Source: a virus. Taken from it: a stretch of 64,000 nucleotides of DNA. The first letter of the stretch is position 1, and every line of letters begins with the position of its first letter. The notes under the pieces are model-generated. The model searched no databases and was not told where the DNA came from. It saw nothing but the letters and a program-made list of their open reading frames with translations. Shown here piece by piece: positions 38,917 to 48,967 of the stretch. The translations under genes were made by a program, and so were the position numbers. Location: IMG/VR virus record IMGVR_UViG_3300021354_000450, positions 32,001-96,000 of that record; one strand, 5' to 3'.

Positions 38917-39408
38917 ATGGCAACAAAAGTAGCAAAACAAAAAGGGGACGACTTTATGAAAAACAATTGGAGACCGATGATGGCGATAACTTACATGTTA
39001 ACATGTTTGTTTGATTTCGTTGTTGGACCGGTTTTATATAACATTTTACAATTCTATAATCCAGGACAACATTTAGATATGTGGCAACCGTTGACACTTC
39101 AGGGTGGTGGATTATATCATATTGCAATGGGTGTAGTTTTAGGTATTACTGCACATGGTAGAACACAAGAAAAAATTAATAGTGCTTCATCTTTACCAGG
39201 ATTAGGTAATTTTATGCCACAACCTGCGGCACCATCGTATGCACCGGCTCCAGTAGCTCATGCACCTGCTCCAGTAGCTCCTGCACCAGCTTATCATGCA
39301 CCGGCTCCGGTAGCTCCTTCATTTGGTACACCGGCTCCAGTAGTTGCTGCAGTTGATGCAAACAAATTTGGTAAAGTTGTTCCACAACATGAAGAACCGG
39401 TTCTCTAA
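38917..39408 (+). CDS. holin-like protein (3TM GTA-holin type) with Pro/Ala-rich tail
   Basis: WRPMMAITY, GGLYHIAMGVVLG, GRTQEK; located in the lysis region. Confidence 0.75.
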   Translation: MATKVAKQKGDDFMKNNWRPMMAITYMLTCLFDFVVGPVLYNILQFYNPGQHLDMWQPLTLQGGGLYHIAMGVVLGITAHGRTQEKINSASSLPGLGNFMPQPAAPSYAPAPVAHAPAPVAPAPAYHAPAPVAPSFGTPAPVVAAVDANKFGKVVPQHEEPVL

Positions 39409-39419
39409 GGAAAAGTAAA

Positions 39420-39620
39420 ATGAAATTATTTTTAGCAATTTTATTTGCAAGTACAATTAGTTTTTCAGCACTTGCGGTAGAAAAAAAAGAAGTATGTAAA
39501 GATGTTTTAGATAATAAAGGTCAAGTAGTTAAGAATAAAAATGGTTCTGTTAAAAAAGAATGCAAAATTATTAAAATTCACAAAAAGTTTAAAGGAACAA
39601 AAGTTCCAGAGAAAAAATAA
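39420..39620 (+). CDS. small secreted Lys-rich protein
   Basis: Signal peptide ending ALA; two Cys. Confidence 0.7.
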   Translation: MKLFLAILFASTISFSALAVEKKEVCKDVLDNKGQVVKNKNGSVKKECKIIKIHKKFKGTKVPEKK

Positions 39621-39629
39621 TTCAGTTTC

Positions 39630-39681
39630 TTGACAACACAAGGTTTATAGTGTATAATTAACACTATAAACCTTTCTTTTT
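39630..39681 (+). promoter_or_regulatory. sigma70 promoter overlapped by a 14-bp inverted repeat/terminator
   Basis: TTGACA-17-TATAAT; AAGGTTTATAGTGT/ACACTATAAACCTT followed by a T tract. Confidence 0.8.
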
Positions 39682-39689
39682 ATAGACTT

Positions 39690-40511
39690 ATGAATATGGA
39701 CTACTATCAAATATTAAACGTTGATCGCAACGCATCACAAGACGAAATCAAAAAGGCTTATCGTGCCTTAGCAATGAAACATCATCCTGATCGTGGCGGT
39801 GATGATAACAAATTTAAAGAAATACAAGAAGCATACGCAATCTTAGGGGACGAACAAAAGAAATCGCAATATGATAATCCTCAACCACAATTTCACGGCG
39901 GCCCAGGTGGTTTTGAATTCCACTTTGGAGGTGGAGGACCTGCAGGATTTGAACACATGTTTGGTGATATTTTTGGATTTAGACAAAGGGCTCCTGTAAA
40001 TAGAAATATTCAACTCCAAACTCAAATATCTTTAGAAGATGCGTTTTATGGAAAAGAAGTTATCGCAAATATTTCACTTCCGAGTGGACGTGAACAAACA
40101 ATTAATGTAAAAATTCCTCCAGGAGTGCATGAAGGTACTAATTTACGGTTAAGTGGAATGGGCGATGATAGCATATCTGGAATACCACGTGGAGATATTT
40201 TATTATCAGTTCATATTACAGAACATCCAAAATTCAAACGTCAAGGTGATGATCTTGTTATCGAACATGAAATTTCATGTATCGAAGCAATGACTGGTTC
40301 TACGATTAACATTACAGGTATTGATAATAAACGATTAGAAACCACAGTTCCTGCAGGCATACAACATGATTCGATTTTAAGTTTAGCTGGAAACGGAATG
40401 CCAAACTTTAATGATCCTTCACGTAAAGGAAGATTATTGATTAGAATTAAAATTAGTATTCCTTCACTAACAGAAGATCAAAAAAGTTATTTAAGGAATT
40501 TGAATATATGA
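39690..40511 (+). CDS. dnaJ: DnaJ/CbpA-class chaperone (no Zn finger)
   Basis: J domain with HPD, G/F linker, DnaJ C-terminal domains. Confidence 0.93.
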   Translation: MNMDYYQILNVDRNASQDEIKKAYRALAMKHHPDRGGDDNKFKEIQEAYAILGDEQKKSQYDNPQPQFHGGPGGFEFHFGGGGPAGFEHMFGDIFGFRQRAPVNRNIQLQTQISLEDAFYGKEVIANISLPSGREQTINVKIPPGVHEGTNLRLSGMGDDSISGIPRGDILLSVHITEHPKFKRQGDDLVIEHEISCIEAMTGSTINITGIDNKRLETTVPAGIQHDSILSLAGNGMPNFNDPSRKGRLLIRIKISIPSLTEDQKSYLRNLNI

Positions 40512-40996
40512 ATATCGTAAAATTTCCTGATCCAATATTAAGAGAACAAATGCCTTTATTTGATTTTGAGAATCCATCACATGATCCTGTTCAGTTAGAA
40601 CAAGATATGTTAGATTTGATGATTAAATTTGACGGTATTGGACTTGCAGCAAACCAGGTTGGTGAACGTGTTCGTATGTTTGTTATGGGAAGTAAGGCGA
40701 ATCCAACTAAAGGAATTGCATTTTTTAATCCAGAAGTGATTGCAAATACAGAAAATTTGCTTGATTTGGAAGAAGGTTGCTTGAGTTTTCCTGGAATTTA
40801 TGTTAAAATAAAACGTCCTAGCGCAATTAAAGCAAGGTGGCAAAATTCAAAAGGTGAAGTAATGGAAGGAGAGTTTACAGGTTACGATTGTAAATGTTTC
40901 CTTCACGAACTTGATCATTTAGAAGGTGTAGTTTTTCAGGATAGAGCAAGCAGTATTAAATGGGCTCTTGGTTTAAAAAAATTAAAAAGGAAATAA
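40508..40996 (+). CDS. def: peptide deformylase
   Basis: [23 protein letters not shown]. Confidence 0.96.
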   Translation: MNIVKFPDPILREQMPLFDFENPSHDPVQLEQDMLDLMIKFDGIGLAANQVGERVRMFVMGSKANPTKGIAFFNPEVIANTENLLDLEEGCLSFPGIYVKIKRPSAIKARWQNSKGEVMEGEFTGYDCKCFLHELDHLEGVVFQDRASSIKWALGLKKLKRK

Positions 40997-40997
40997 T

Positions 40998-43271
40998 ATG
41001 TTAGATCCAGATCAAGATTTAGAAGCGATATTTGAACGTGCTATTAAGTTAGCAATTAAAAACAAACATGAGTATATCACATTAGAACACTTTTTGTATG
41101 GTATGATTACTGATGCAAAAATTGAACAACAATTAACTGAGTTTGGTGCCGATCTCAAATCATTAAAATCAAATCTTGATAAATTTATTAAGAAAGAGTT
41201 AGATGACATTGTAAACATTGAATCAAAAACTCGTCCTAAAAAAACACACAGTGTAGAACGTATGTTAAATCGTGCATTTACACAGGTATTATTTTCTGGT
41301 CGTTCAACTATTGAACCACAAGATTGTTTTATAAGTTTATTTTCAGAAAAGAAAAGTTATGCATTGCATTTTATGCGTCTTGCAAAAATTGAAAAAGATC
41401 CATACCTTGAATTTATTAGTCAAGGCTTTGTAAAAGGCGGTGACTCAGATACTGAAGAAAAAGGTAATCCACAACTTGAAAAAGTCTTAGTTCAATACTG
41501 CGTTAACCTTAATAACCAAGTTAAACAAAAGAAAATTGATCCTGTTATCGGCCGAGATAAAGAAATTGATGATATTTTATTAATACTTGCTCGTCGTCAA
41601 AAATCAAATGTTATGATGATCGGTGATCCGGGTGTAGGTAAAACTGCAATTGCTGAAGGCCTTGCACGTAAAATTGTTGAAGGAAATGTTCCAAAATATC
41701 TTCAAAATCATACAGTTTATAACTTAGATATTAGCGCAATGATTGCTGGTTCGAAATATCGTGGTGATTTTGAAGAAAGATTAAAAATGGTCATCACGGC
41801 CATGGAAAAGAAAAAGAATTCAATTATGTTTGTTGACGAAGCACATATGATGAGTGGTGCTGGAGCAACAGGTGGAAGTGCTAACGATATGTCTAATATG
41901 CTTAAACCTGCACTTAGCAAAGGTACACTTAAAGTTATTGCATCAACAACATGGGAAGAATTCCGTAAGCACTTTGAGAAAGATCGTGCATTGATGAGAC
42001 GTTTCCAACGTGTTGTTGTTGACGAACCAAGCGAAGCAATGGCAATTAAAATTATCACAGGTCTTAAAAAATATTATGAAAAACATCATAATGTTAAGAT
42101 CACAAAACAAGCAATTGCCGACTCGGTAAAATATAGTGCTAAATTCATAACTGATCGTAAGCTTCCAGATAAAGCAATTGATTTAATTGATTGTGCTTCA
42201 GCAAGATTTAAAGTACGTGATGAAGAAGGCGGTGTTGTTGATCACGATGAAATTGTTTTCGAAGTTGCTAAACAAGCAAACTTACCACTTGAACAAATTG
42301 CGGCAAAAGAAAATAAAAATCTTAAAGATCTTGATAAAAATATGCATGGTAAGGTATTTGGTCAAGACTCTGCAATTAATATCTTACTTGATAAAATCTT
42401 TATTGCACAAGCAGGTTTAAAATCTCATAATAAACCAGTTGGTAACTTTTTGTTTGTCGGACCAACAGGTTGTGGTAAAACAGAAACTGCCAAGGTACTT
42501 GCAGAATCAATGGGTGTTAAACTTGTTAGATTTGATATGAGTGAATTCCAAGAACAACATTCAGTTTCAAAGTTTATTGGTGCACCTCCAGGCTATGTAG
42601 GGTTTGAAGATAATGCTGGACAACTTATTACACAACTTCAAGAACATCCTAATTGTGTTTTATTATTAGATGAAATTGAAAAAGCTCATTCGAGTGTTAG
42701 CAATGTGTTATTAGGGTTAATGGATAACGGATTTGTAACAGGATCAAATGGGAAAAAAGCAGATGGTCGTAATGCAATCATTATTTTAACTTCAAATTTA
42801 GGTGCAAGCGATGCTGAACGTAATGCAGTAGGTTTTGGTTCACAAGAACGTGAAGGTGAAATCAATAATGCTGTTAATTCTTTCTTTAAACCAGAATTTA
42901 GAAATAGATTAGACGGTATTATTACGTTTGGCAAACTTGAACATACAACAATGATTAAAATTGTTAAAAAATTCATGGATGAACTTAATGCACAAATTAA
43001 AGACAAAAATGTGCATGTTAAACCAACTGTTGAAGCTGTTGAATTATTGATCAAAAAAGGATTTAATAAGAAAATGGGTGCTCGTCCGTTACATCGTGCA
43101 ATTGACGAACATATTAAGAAACCACTTAGTAAAGAAATACTGTTTGGTAAATTAACAAACGGTGGTGTTGTTGAGATTGACGTTATTGATAATACTTTTA
43201 CTTTTAACGTTATCGAAGTTATGTCAACTGAAAAAGTTAAAATCGAACAAGACGAAGATTTAAAAGACTAA
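40998..43271 (+). CDS. clpA: Clp protease ATP-binding subunit ClpA
   Basis: Clp N domain, two AAA+ modules (GDPGVGKT, GPTGCGKT), no ClpB middle domain, VGFG ClpP-docking loop. Confidence 0.93.
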   Translation: MLDPDQDLEAIFERAIKLAIKNKHEYITLEHFLYGMITDAKIEQQLTEFGADLKSLKSNLDKFIKKELDDIVNIESKTRPKKTHSVERMLNRAFTQVLFSGRSTIEPQDCFISLFSEKKSYALHFMRLAKIEKDPYLEFISQGFVKGGDSDTEEKGNPQLEKVLVQYCVNLNNQVKQKKIDPVIGRDKEIDDILLILARRQKSNVMMIGDPGVGKTAIAEGLARKIVEGNVPKYLQNHTVYNLDISAMIAGSKYRGDFEERLKMVITAMEKKKNSIMFVDEAHMMSGAGATGGSANDMSNMLKPALSKGTLKVIASTTWEEFRKHFEKDRALMRRFQRVVVDEPSEAMAIKIITGLKKYYEKHHNVKITKQAIADSVKYSAKFITDRKLPDKAIDLIDCASARFKVRDEEGGVVDHDEIVFEVAKQANLPLEQIAAKENKNLKDLDKNMHGKVFGQDSAINILLDKIFIAQAGLKSHNKPVGNFLFVGPTGCGKTETAKVLAESMGVKLVRFDMSEFQEQHSVSKFIGAPPGYVGFEDNAGQLITQLQEHPNCVLLLDEIEKAHSSVSNVLLGLMDNGFVTGSNGKKADGRNAIIILTSNLGASDAERNAVGFGSQEREGEINNAVNSFFKPEFRNRLDGIITFGKLEHTTMIKIVKKFMDELNAQIKDKNVHVKPTVEAVELLIKKGFNKKMGARPLHRAIDEHIKKPLSKEILFGKLTNGGVVEIDVIDNTFTFNVIEVMSTEKVKIEQDEDLKD

Positions 43272-43281
43272 GGTTTGATAC

Positions 43282-43324
43282 TGTTCTCAGATATACATTA
43301 GGTTAAATAGTATATCTGAGGACA
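43282..43324 (+). promoter_or_regulatory. SD-sequestering hairpin with a late promoter in its loop
   Basis: CTCAGATATAC/GTATATCTGAG; TAAATA at 43304; SD GAGGA at 43318. Confidence 0.8.
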
Positions 43325-43328
43325 AACA

Positions 43329-43793
43329 ATGACACAATTAAGTAAAACATTTGAATTTTATAATCAATATTCAACAAACAATGCCCATACCACTCAGGCA
43401 ATCATTCAAATGCCACAGATGGTCAACGGCCGCACACCTCCTCCTGTTTTAACTTTTTTCAGTAATAAATTACCAGGTTCAGCTTATTACAAATTAGGTG
43501 AACGAATTCACACTGTAACGTATACAATTGAAGGTTCTTTTAGAGGAACATGTTCAATACAAGTAAGCAATAGCCCAAGTCCAATTGATCAAGATTGGGA
43601 AACACTTACATCAACACAAAAACAATATCTCGGTTTAGAAACAACGGGTGCTCCTGGAATAAGCGGGTTTGGTGGCGCAATAAGTCATCCTACTCAAACT
43701 GATATGTTTAATTTTACCGGTGATTATGCATGGATACGTGTGCAATTAGACATAAGTCGTGGAACATTGCAAGCCGCAAAGCTTAACTTTTAA
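43329..43793 (+). CDS. late hypothetical protein (beta-rich, probably structural)
   Basis: FNFTGDYAWIRV C-terminus; late promoter. Confidence 0.75.
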   Translation: MTQLSKTFEFYNQYSTNNAHTTQAIIQMPQMVNGRTPPPVLTFFSNKLPGSAYYKLGERIHTVTYTIEGSFRGTCSIQVSNSPSPIDQDWETLTSTQKQYLGLETTGAPGISGFGGAISHPTQTDMFNFTGDYAWIRVQLDISRGTLQAAKLNF

Positions 43794-43847
43794 AAAGTTA
43801 TCTAAAATACGCTAAATACTGGATAATTTACTAGGACTGTAATCAAT

Positions 43848-44243
43848 ATGAAACTATTTGAATTTTTTGGAAATATTAACCACGATGTTGATCGTGACAA
43901 AGATCGAGATTCTCAGGCTTTAACAAAAGAAGAAGAACAAGAATTTAGTGATAACGTTTTTTGGTATATTATTGATGAAGATGATCTACATAAAAAATAC
44001 TTTTTGCCAATAGCTAAAGATCTAAAAAAGAAATATGATGATACAACTGATGATGATTCAGTCGATTGGAAAGTTTGGCTTCCGATAGTTAATGCAGGAT
44101 GTACAAAGTACTATAAAGATCATAAAATCGATAAACATCCCAAAGATGCATTCCAACAAAAGTTTCGTATGGAATTGTGTAAACGTTTAGAAGACCACTT
44201 TCATCAAGATATCGCAAAAGGCGAATATAATTTAGGCAATTAA
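43848..44243 (+). CDS. late hypothetical protein, possibly head-packaged
   Basis: MKLFEF start; late promoter at 43813. Confidence 0.75.
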   Translation: MKLFEFFGNINHDVDRDKDRDSQALTKEEEQEFSDNVFWYIIDEDDLHKKYFLPIAKDLKKKYDDTTDDDSVDWKVWLPIVNAGCTKYYKDHKIDKHPKDAFQQKFRMELCKRLEDHFHQDIAKGEYNLGN

Positions 44244-44244
44244 T

Positions 44245-47200
44245 ATGAAATTATTTGATTTAATCCACAAACCTGAGATTTTTTCTGAAACAATTGAACC
44301 AACGGATTTTAAAGACATACTTAAAGTATTTTTACCAATAGCAAAGACGATTATTAAATTAGATAAACTTCCAACTATTATACTTAAAAAAACTCTTTCT
44401 TATGAAGATCAACCAACAATGGGACGTTTTTATAACAAAGAAAACAAATTAGAACTCGCAATTGCAAATCGACAACCGGTTGATGCATTACGCACACTTG
44501 CACACGAACTTGTTCACGCAAAACAACATCAAGAACATAAAGATATCGATCCAACAACAGGTTCACCAGAAGAAAATGATGCAAATGTTGTTGCTGGTAT
44601 CGTAATGCGTGAGTTTAACAAACTTCATCCAGAATATTTAAAAGCACAACCTATAAGTGAAGGTGGAAATCTTTCAATTAACGGGCATGATGCAGAACAA
44701 ATAAATCTAAAAGTTACGCAAAGAGGATATATTGTTCCAATACTTAACAATTTATTACTTTCTATTAATAAATCATTTTCTCAACAATATCATGTTCCAT
44801 TATGGAGACCTGAACTACTTAAAAGTCAAAAGTTCTTAAGTGGTAGTTCATTACACTTTTTTAATGTAAAAGGTATATCAGATGAACAATTTGTTACTAA
44901 GAAACCTAAAGTAGGTGATATTGATACAATGGTTCCTAAAGAAAATGAAGCAGAACTTGAAGAATTCTTAAAATCTGTTCAAGGAAAACAAGTTGGACTT
45001 GCAACTTGTCTAGGATTTCAGCGTGGAAATGAACAGTTTAGCAGTTTATGGGAACTAGAAAACCCGCCAATCAAGGTTCAAATTGACCTTGAATTTGTTG
45101 AATTTGCAAACAATGAACCAACAGATTGGGCAAAATTTAGTCATTCAAGTTCTTGGGACGATTTACAAGCAGGAGTTAAAGGAGTATTCCATAAATTTCT
45201 AATTCAATCATTTGGAGTATTAAGTAAAAAAGAATTTATACTTCGAAAACTCGACGGACGAGGGGCAGCTCGTGTTGAAAAAGATTTTCCAAAGTCAGAT
45301 AGTATGCTATCTTTTGCAGTGAGCTCAAAAGAAGGCGGAGGATTACGTGCAAAATACGAACCGGTTCTTGATAAACAAGGTCTTCCATTGTTAATTGATG
45401 GGTTACAGGTAATGCGAGAATTACCTACATCAAATTATGATCACGATATTGATAAAATCTTTTTAACTTTATTTGGAGATCGTATCGGTCCTAAACAGGC
45501 AGCCGCACTTTCACAAGACTTTTGGTCGTTTACTGGTTTATTAAAAGTTATGAATCAAATTTTAAAACCTGAAGAAAAAGAACGAGTTGTTAAGAGTTTT
45601 ATTTCAAAACTTTTCAACATAGGCGCACAGTGTTTATATAAAGATGATCCTGATAGAGATTCAGTAGAAAAATCAGTTGCTGTAGATTTAATGCTCAAAA
45701 CATTACAAGTTTCTGCTCCGGATTATTTAGATGAGTTAAAACAGGATTATATTACCGATGTTAAAACTCCTAAAGTTAAAAAAACTAAAAAGGTAACTGA
45801 AGCTGATGCTCCAAATTATAAACGTCAAGGTATTCAACATATCTACAATCCAGGATCAACTGTTGAAATGAAGAACTTGGACTTTATTGATATGTGTAAA
45901 GAAATTGCTGATAATGGCGGTACATTAGATGGTATGGCAATTAACTTAAAAGCAGACGGTGCTGGGATTCGCTTTGGAAAAGATGAAGCAGGCCGCCCGT
46001 TCTTTATGACTTCAAAAGTTACTGAACCAAAATATGTAGATAATATCGGTGATTTTGAAAGATTTGGTAAAGAATCAGGTCAACCACCAGATCGTTTAGA
46101 ATTTACTAAAAAATACGATGCTGCTATGAGTTTGATCTTACATAGTAACTTTATTAAAGTATTACCACCTGATACAATTGTACAAGCAGAAATGATGTAT
46201 AATGATATGGCACAACAAACACCACAAGGATTAAAGTTTGTAAACATTCCATATGATCCTAAAAAATTAGGTAAATCAATGACACTTGTGCCGTTTATTT
46301 TTAAAAAATATAGCACTGGCGAGAATCTACCTGATGCAGATAAAATCAAAAAAATGCTGTTGTCAAAAAGCGATGCAAATATCAAAATGGTTAACAATCA
46401 ACTTGAACAAAAAGGTGTTAATGTTAGTAAGATAATTGCTCCTGTTGTAAACATGAAACCAGATCTTGTTGCTTCATTAACAGCTCGTACAAGAACTAAT
46501 CCACTTAAAGACCAAGCAATTGAAATTCTTACAAAAGCAAGAAAAGAACTTTCGGATACAATTATAAGCAGTCCAAATATTGTAGGGAAAGACCAATTAG
46601 GTAGCCACATCGAAGGATTGGTGTTTAATTTACCAAGTGGAAGACTTGCTAAAGTTACAAGTCAGTTAATGAAAGATACAATGGCTTCAAAAAAAGTGCA
46701 ACCTGCTCCAGCGAAAACAGATGGTAAGACTGCTGTTGTTGCAATCGGAAGTTTTGTTGGACATATTGGCCATGAACAATTATTTAACTACACAATTAAA
46801 AAAGCAAATCAACTAAATGCTGTTCCATATTTGTTTATTGGCAATGCAGTAGGTAAAGCTGATCCTATTCCGGTAAATGTAAAAGTTCAAACTTGGCATA
46901 AACTTTATCCTGAGTATGCAAATCATATTTCTGCTGTTACGCATGAAGGCGGAAACTTAATGCAAAAGATTAAACATGAATTAATCAATCCAATGCCAGG
47001 TCAACCACCTAAATATGATAATATCATTATTATGGTCGGTGAAGATCAAGCAAATATGCCAATTGCACAAGCTTTAATGAAAGCTGTTAACAAATTCCAA
47101 GGGTATGAACATGTTAAAGTAAGTTTAGAAGTTACTCCGCGTGGTACAGGAATAAGCTTTTCAAAATTACGTGATATTTTAAAAGATCCAAGTGCAAGTA

Positions 47201-47502
47201 CTGAACAACAATATGAAGTTTGGGCACAAGGATTTGATGAAAAGAAATTAGGTAAACCTTGGATTTTAAAATTAATGGAATTGACTAAACACGGAATGGG
47301 GATAACAAAACCTACTCCTGCTGTTACAACTCCTGATCCTATTGCTGAAGAAAATACTCGACTAGATTCTAAATGTTGGAAAGGTTATAAAAAACAAGGT
47401 ACTAAAATGAAAGGTGATACTCGTGTTAATAATTGTGTTAAAGTTGGCGAAGCATGGGAATCGGAAATTGGAAAATTAATCAGGTTGCTTGAAAACAAAT
47501 GA
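44245..47502 (+). CDS. multidomain protein: HExxH domain, Pol-beta-type nucleotidyltransferase, ligase-like KxDG domain, HIGH-type nucleotidyltransferase
   Basis: AHELVH; GSS...GDIDTM...QIDLE; NLKADG...QAEMM...IEGLV...AKV; GSFVGHIGH...MVGEDQ...ISFSKLR; CWKGYK tail. Confidence 0.75.
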   Translation: MKLFDLIHKPEIFSETIEPTDFKDILKVFLPIAKTIIKLDKLPTIILKKTLSYEDQPTMGRFYNKENKLELAIANRQPVDALRTLAHELVHAKQHQEHKDIDPTTGSPEENDANVVAGIVMREFNKLHPEYLKAQPISEGGNLSINGHDAEQINLKVTQRGYIVPILNNLLLSINKSFSQQYHVPLWRPELLKSQKFLSGSSLHFFNVKGISDEQFVTKKPKVGDIDTMVPKENEAELEEFLKSVQGKQVGLATCLGFQRGNEQFSSLWELENPPIKVQIDLEFVEFANNEPTDWAKFSHSSSWDDLQAGVKGVFHKFLIQSFGVLSKKEFILRKLDGRGAARVEKDFPKSDSMLSFAVSSKEGGGLRAKYEPVLDKQGLPLLIDGLQVMRELPTSNYDHDIDKIFLTLFGDRIGPKQAAALSQDFWSFTGLLKVMNQILKPEEKERVVKSFISKLFNIGAQCLYKDDPDRDSVEKSVAVDLMLKTLQVSAPDYLDELKQDYITDVKTPKVKKTKKVTEADAPNYKRQGIQHIYNPGSTVEMKNLDFIDMCKEIADNGGTLDGMAINLKADGAGIRFGKDEAGRPFFMTSKVTEPKYVDNIGDFERFGKESGQPPDRLEFTKKYDAAMSLILHSNFIKVLPPDTIVQAEMMYNDMAQQTPQGLKFVNIPYDPKKLGKSMTLVPFIFKKYSTGENLPDADKIKKMLLSKSDANIKMVNNQLEQKGVNVSKIIAPVVNMKPDLVASLTARTRTNPLKDQAIEILTKARKELSDTIISSPNIVGKDQLGSHIEGLVFNLPSGRLAKVTSQLMKDTMASKKVQPAPAKTDGKTAVVAIGSFVGHIGHEQLFNYTIKKANQLNAVPYLFIGNAVGKADPIPVNVKVQTWHKLYPEYANHISAVTHEGGNLMQKIKHELINPMPGQPPKYDNIIIMVGEDQANMPIAQALMKAVNKFQGYEHVKVSLEVTPRGTGISFSKLRDILKDPSASTEQQYEVWAQGFDEKKLGKPWILKLMELTKHGMGITKPTPAVTTPDPIAEENTRLDSKCWKGYKKQGTKMKGDTRVNNCVKVGEAWESEIGKLIRLLENK

Positions 47503-47816
47503 GACAGTATAATATAACAAGTGAACATATTCCTCAAGATAGTTCAGATGATGCGTACCTTGCTCCAGATGATCCTTTACAAGAATTAAAAATTGTTCAA
47601 TATCTTGCCGGATTAGGTGCAGAAGCACGTTTACAAGAGTATCGTGCAAAAAATGCACACAACAATGAAATAAATAAGGGAAGTAATGTTTCGTTAACTG
47701 GAAATGAAAAAGGTGAGTTAATGAAGAAAAACAATATTAAACCAGGTACTGATGAATGGTTTAAACTTTGGTTTAGTAGACCATATCTCACAAATGAAAA
47801 GCCTGTAGGAAAATAA
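47499..47816 (+). CDS. hypothetical late protein
   Basis: ATGA overlap; IKPGTDEWFKLWFS. Confidence 0.75.
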   Translation: MRQYNITSEHIPQDSSDDAYLAPDDPLQELKIVQYLAGLGAEARLQEYRAKNAHNNEINKGSNVSLTGNEKGELMKKNNIKPGTDEWFKLWFSRPYLTNEKPVGK

Positions 47817-48182
47817 ATGAGAGCAAGAGAATTTATAGAAGAAAGCAAACTTCGTAAAAGTGCAGTTTCAAGTATACCCGGTGCTCAACAGTATCCTGAA
47901 TTAGATAATAGCAATCCTTATCATTCTTATAGATTTGGGGTAGCAATGGCAGGGGCTCCTGACTTCATGGCAGATAAAGACGGTCCAACTGGACAACATT
48001 TGGTTACAATTGGATACACAAGTGCATGTGATGAAATTACAAATGCGGCGTCAAAACATTTAGGTTTTAAATCAAAAAAATTAACACCTAAAGATAGTAC
48101 AGAAGTAGATACTACAGGTAAACATAGTCCGGTTTCAAATTGGTTGAAACCTACAAAAAAAGAGAAGAGTAAAAAGAAATGA
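47817..48182 (+). CDS. hypothetical late protein, possibly head-packaged
   Basis: MRAREFIEES start; YRFGVAMAGAP. Confidence 0.75.
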   Translation: MRAREFIEESKLRKSAVSSIPGAQQYPELDNSNPYHSYRFGVAMAGAPDFMADKDGPTGQHLVTIGYTSACDEITNAASKHLGFKSKKLTPKDSTEVDTTGKHSPVSNWLKPTKKEKSKKK

Positions 48183-48967
48183 AAAAACCAAACGTTTATT
48201 TAGACATGGATGGCGTATTAGCAGACTTTTTTACAGAGTATGCAAAACTTGCCGGAGTTGAAAGTGGAAACTATAGAGAAATTCCACCAGCAAAAACAGA
48301 TCCTACATTAAACAAAATGATAGGAACTGATTTCTTTGCTAGATTACCAAAATGTCCAGCGGCTGATCAAGTTGTTGGTATGTCGGTTAAGTTATTTGGC
48401 AAATACTATATTTGTTCAAGTCCTTTACGAGGCGATCATGAAGGTTCAGAAAAATGGAAAAAAGTTTGGATTAAACAACACTTAAATCCACAACCTGCTG
48501 AAGTTATCATTACTCCAAACAAAGCAAAATATGCAAAACAACCAGATGGTACTCCTAACATCTTAATCGATGATAGAGGAAGTAACATCAGTGCTTGGGA
48601 AAATGCAGGTGGTATTGGTATTAAATATCAAGCAGATGAAGATAGTTTACAAGTAATTGTTGATGGATTTGCTCGTGCAAGAAAAATCCTTAAAGGTCAA
48701 GAAGAACACAAACCACAACAGTTAAAAAGTTTAGACCGTAGTTCTGGTAAACTTATTGCTAAAAGTGGTGACGAAGATGAACATCCTACTTCAGCTGCTG
48801 ATTTAACAGTTAAAGAATCTGCAAGTGCTGGTGCAAGTGGTTCAGGCGGAATTGCGTCAAATTCAGCTACAGGCGGTTATGGTAATGGTTTTGTAAATGG
48901 CGGGCCAGGTGCAGAATCAATTGCACAAAAAAAGAAAAAATCAAAACAAATTAAGAGGGTGTCATGA
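48179..48967 (+). CDS. HAD-family 5'(3')-deoxyribonucleotidase-like protein with low-complexity tail
   Basis: YLDMDGVLADF, SSP, K, ILIDDR. Confidence 0.88.
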   Translation: MKKPNVYLDMDGVLADFFTEYAKLAGVESGNYREIPPAKTDPTLNKMIGTDFFARLPKCPAADQVVGMSVKLFGKYYICSSPLRGDHEGSEKWKKVWIKQHLNPQPAEVIITPNKAKYAKQPDGTPNILIDDRGSNISAWENAGGIGIKYQADEDSLQVIVDGFARARKILKGQEEHKPQQLKSLDRSSGKLIAKSGDEDEHPTSAADLTVKESASAGASGSGGIASNSATGGYGNGFVNGGPGAESIAQKKKKSKQIKRVS

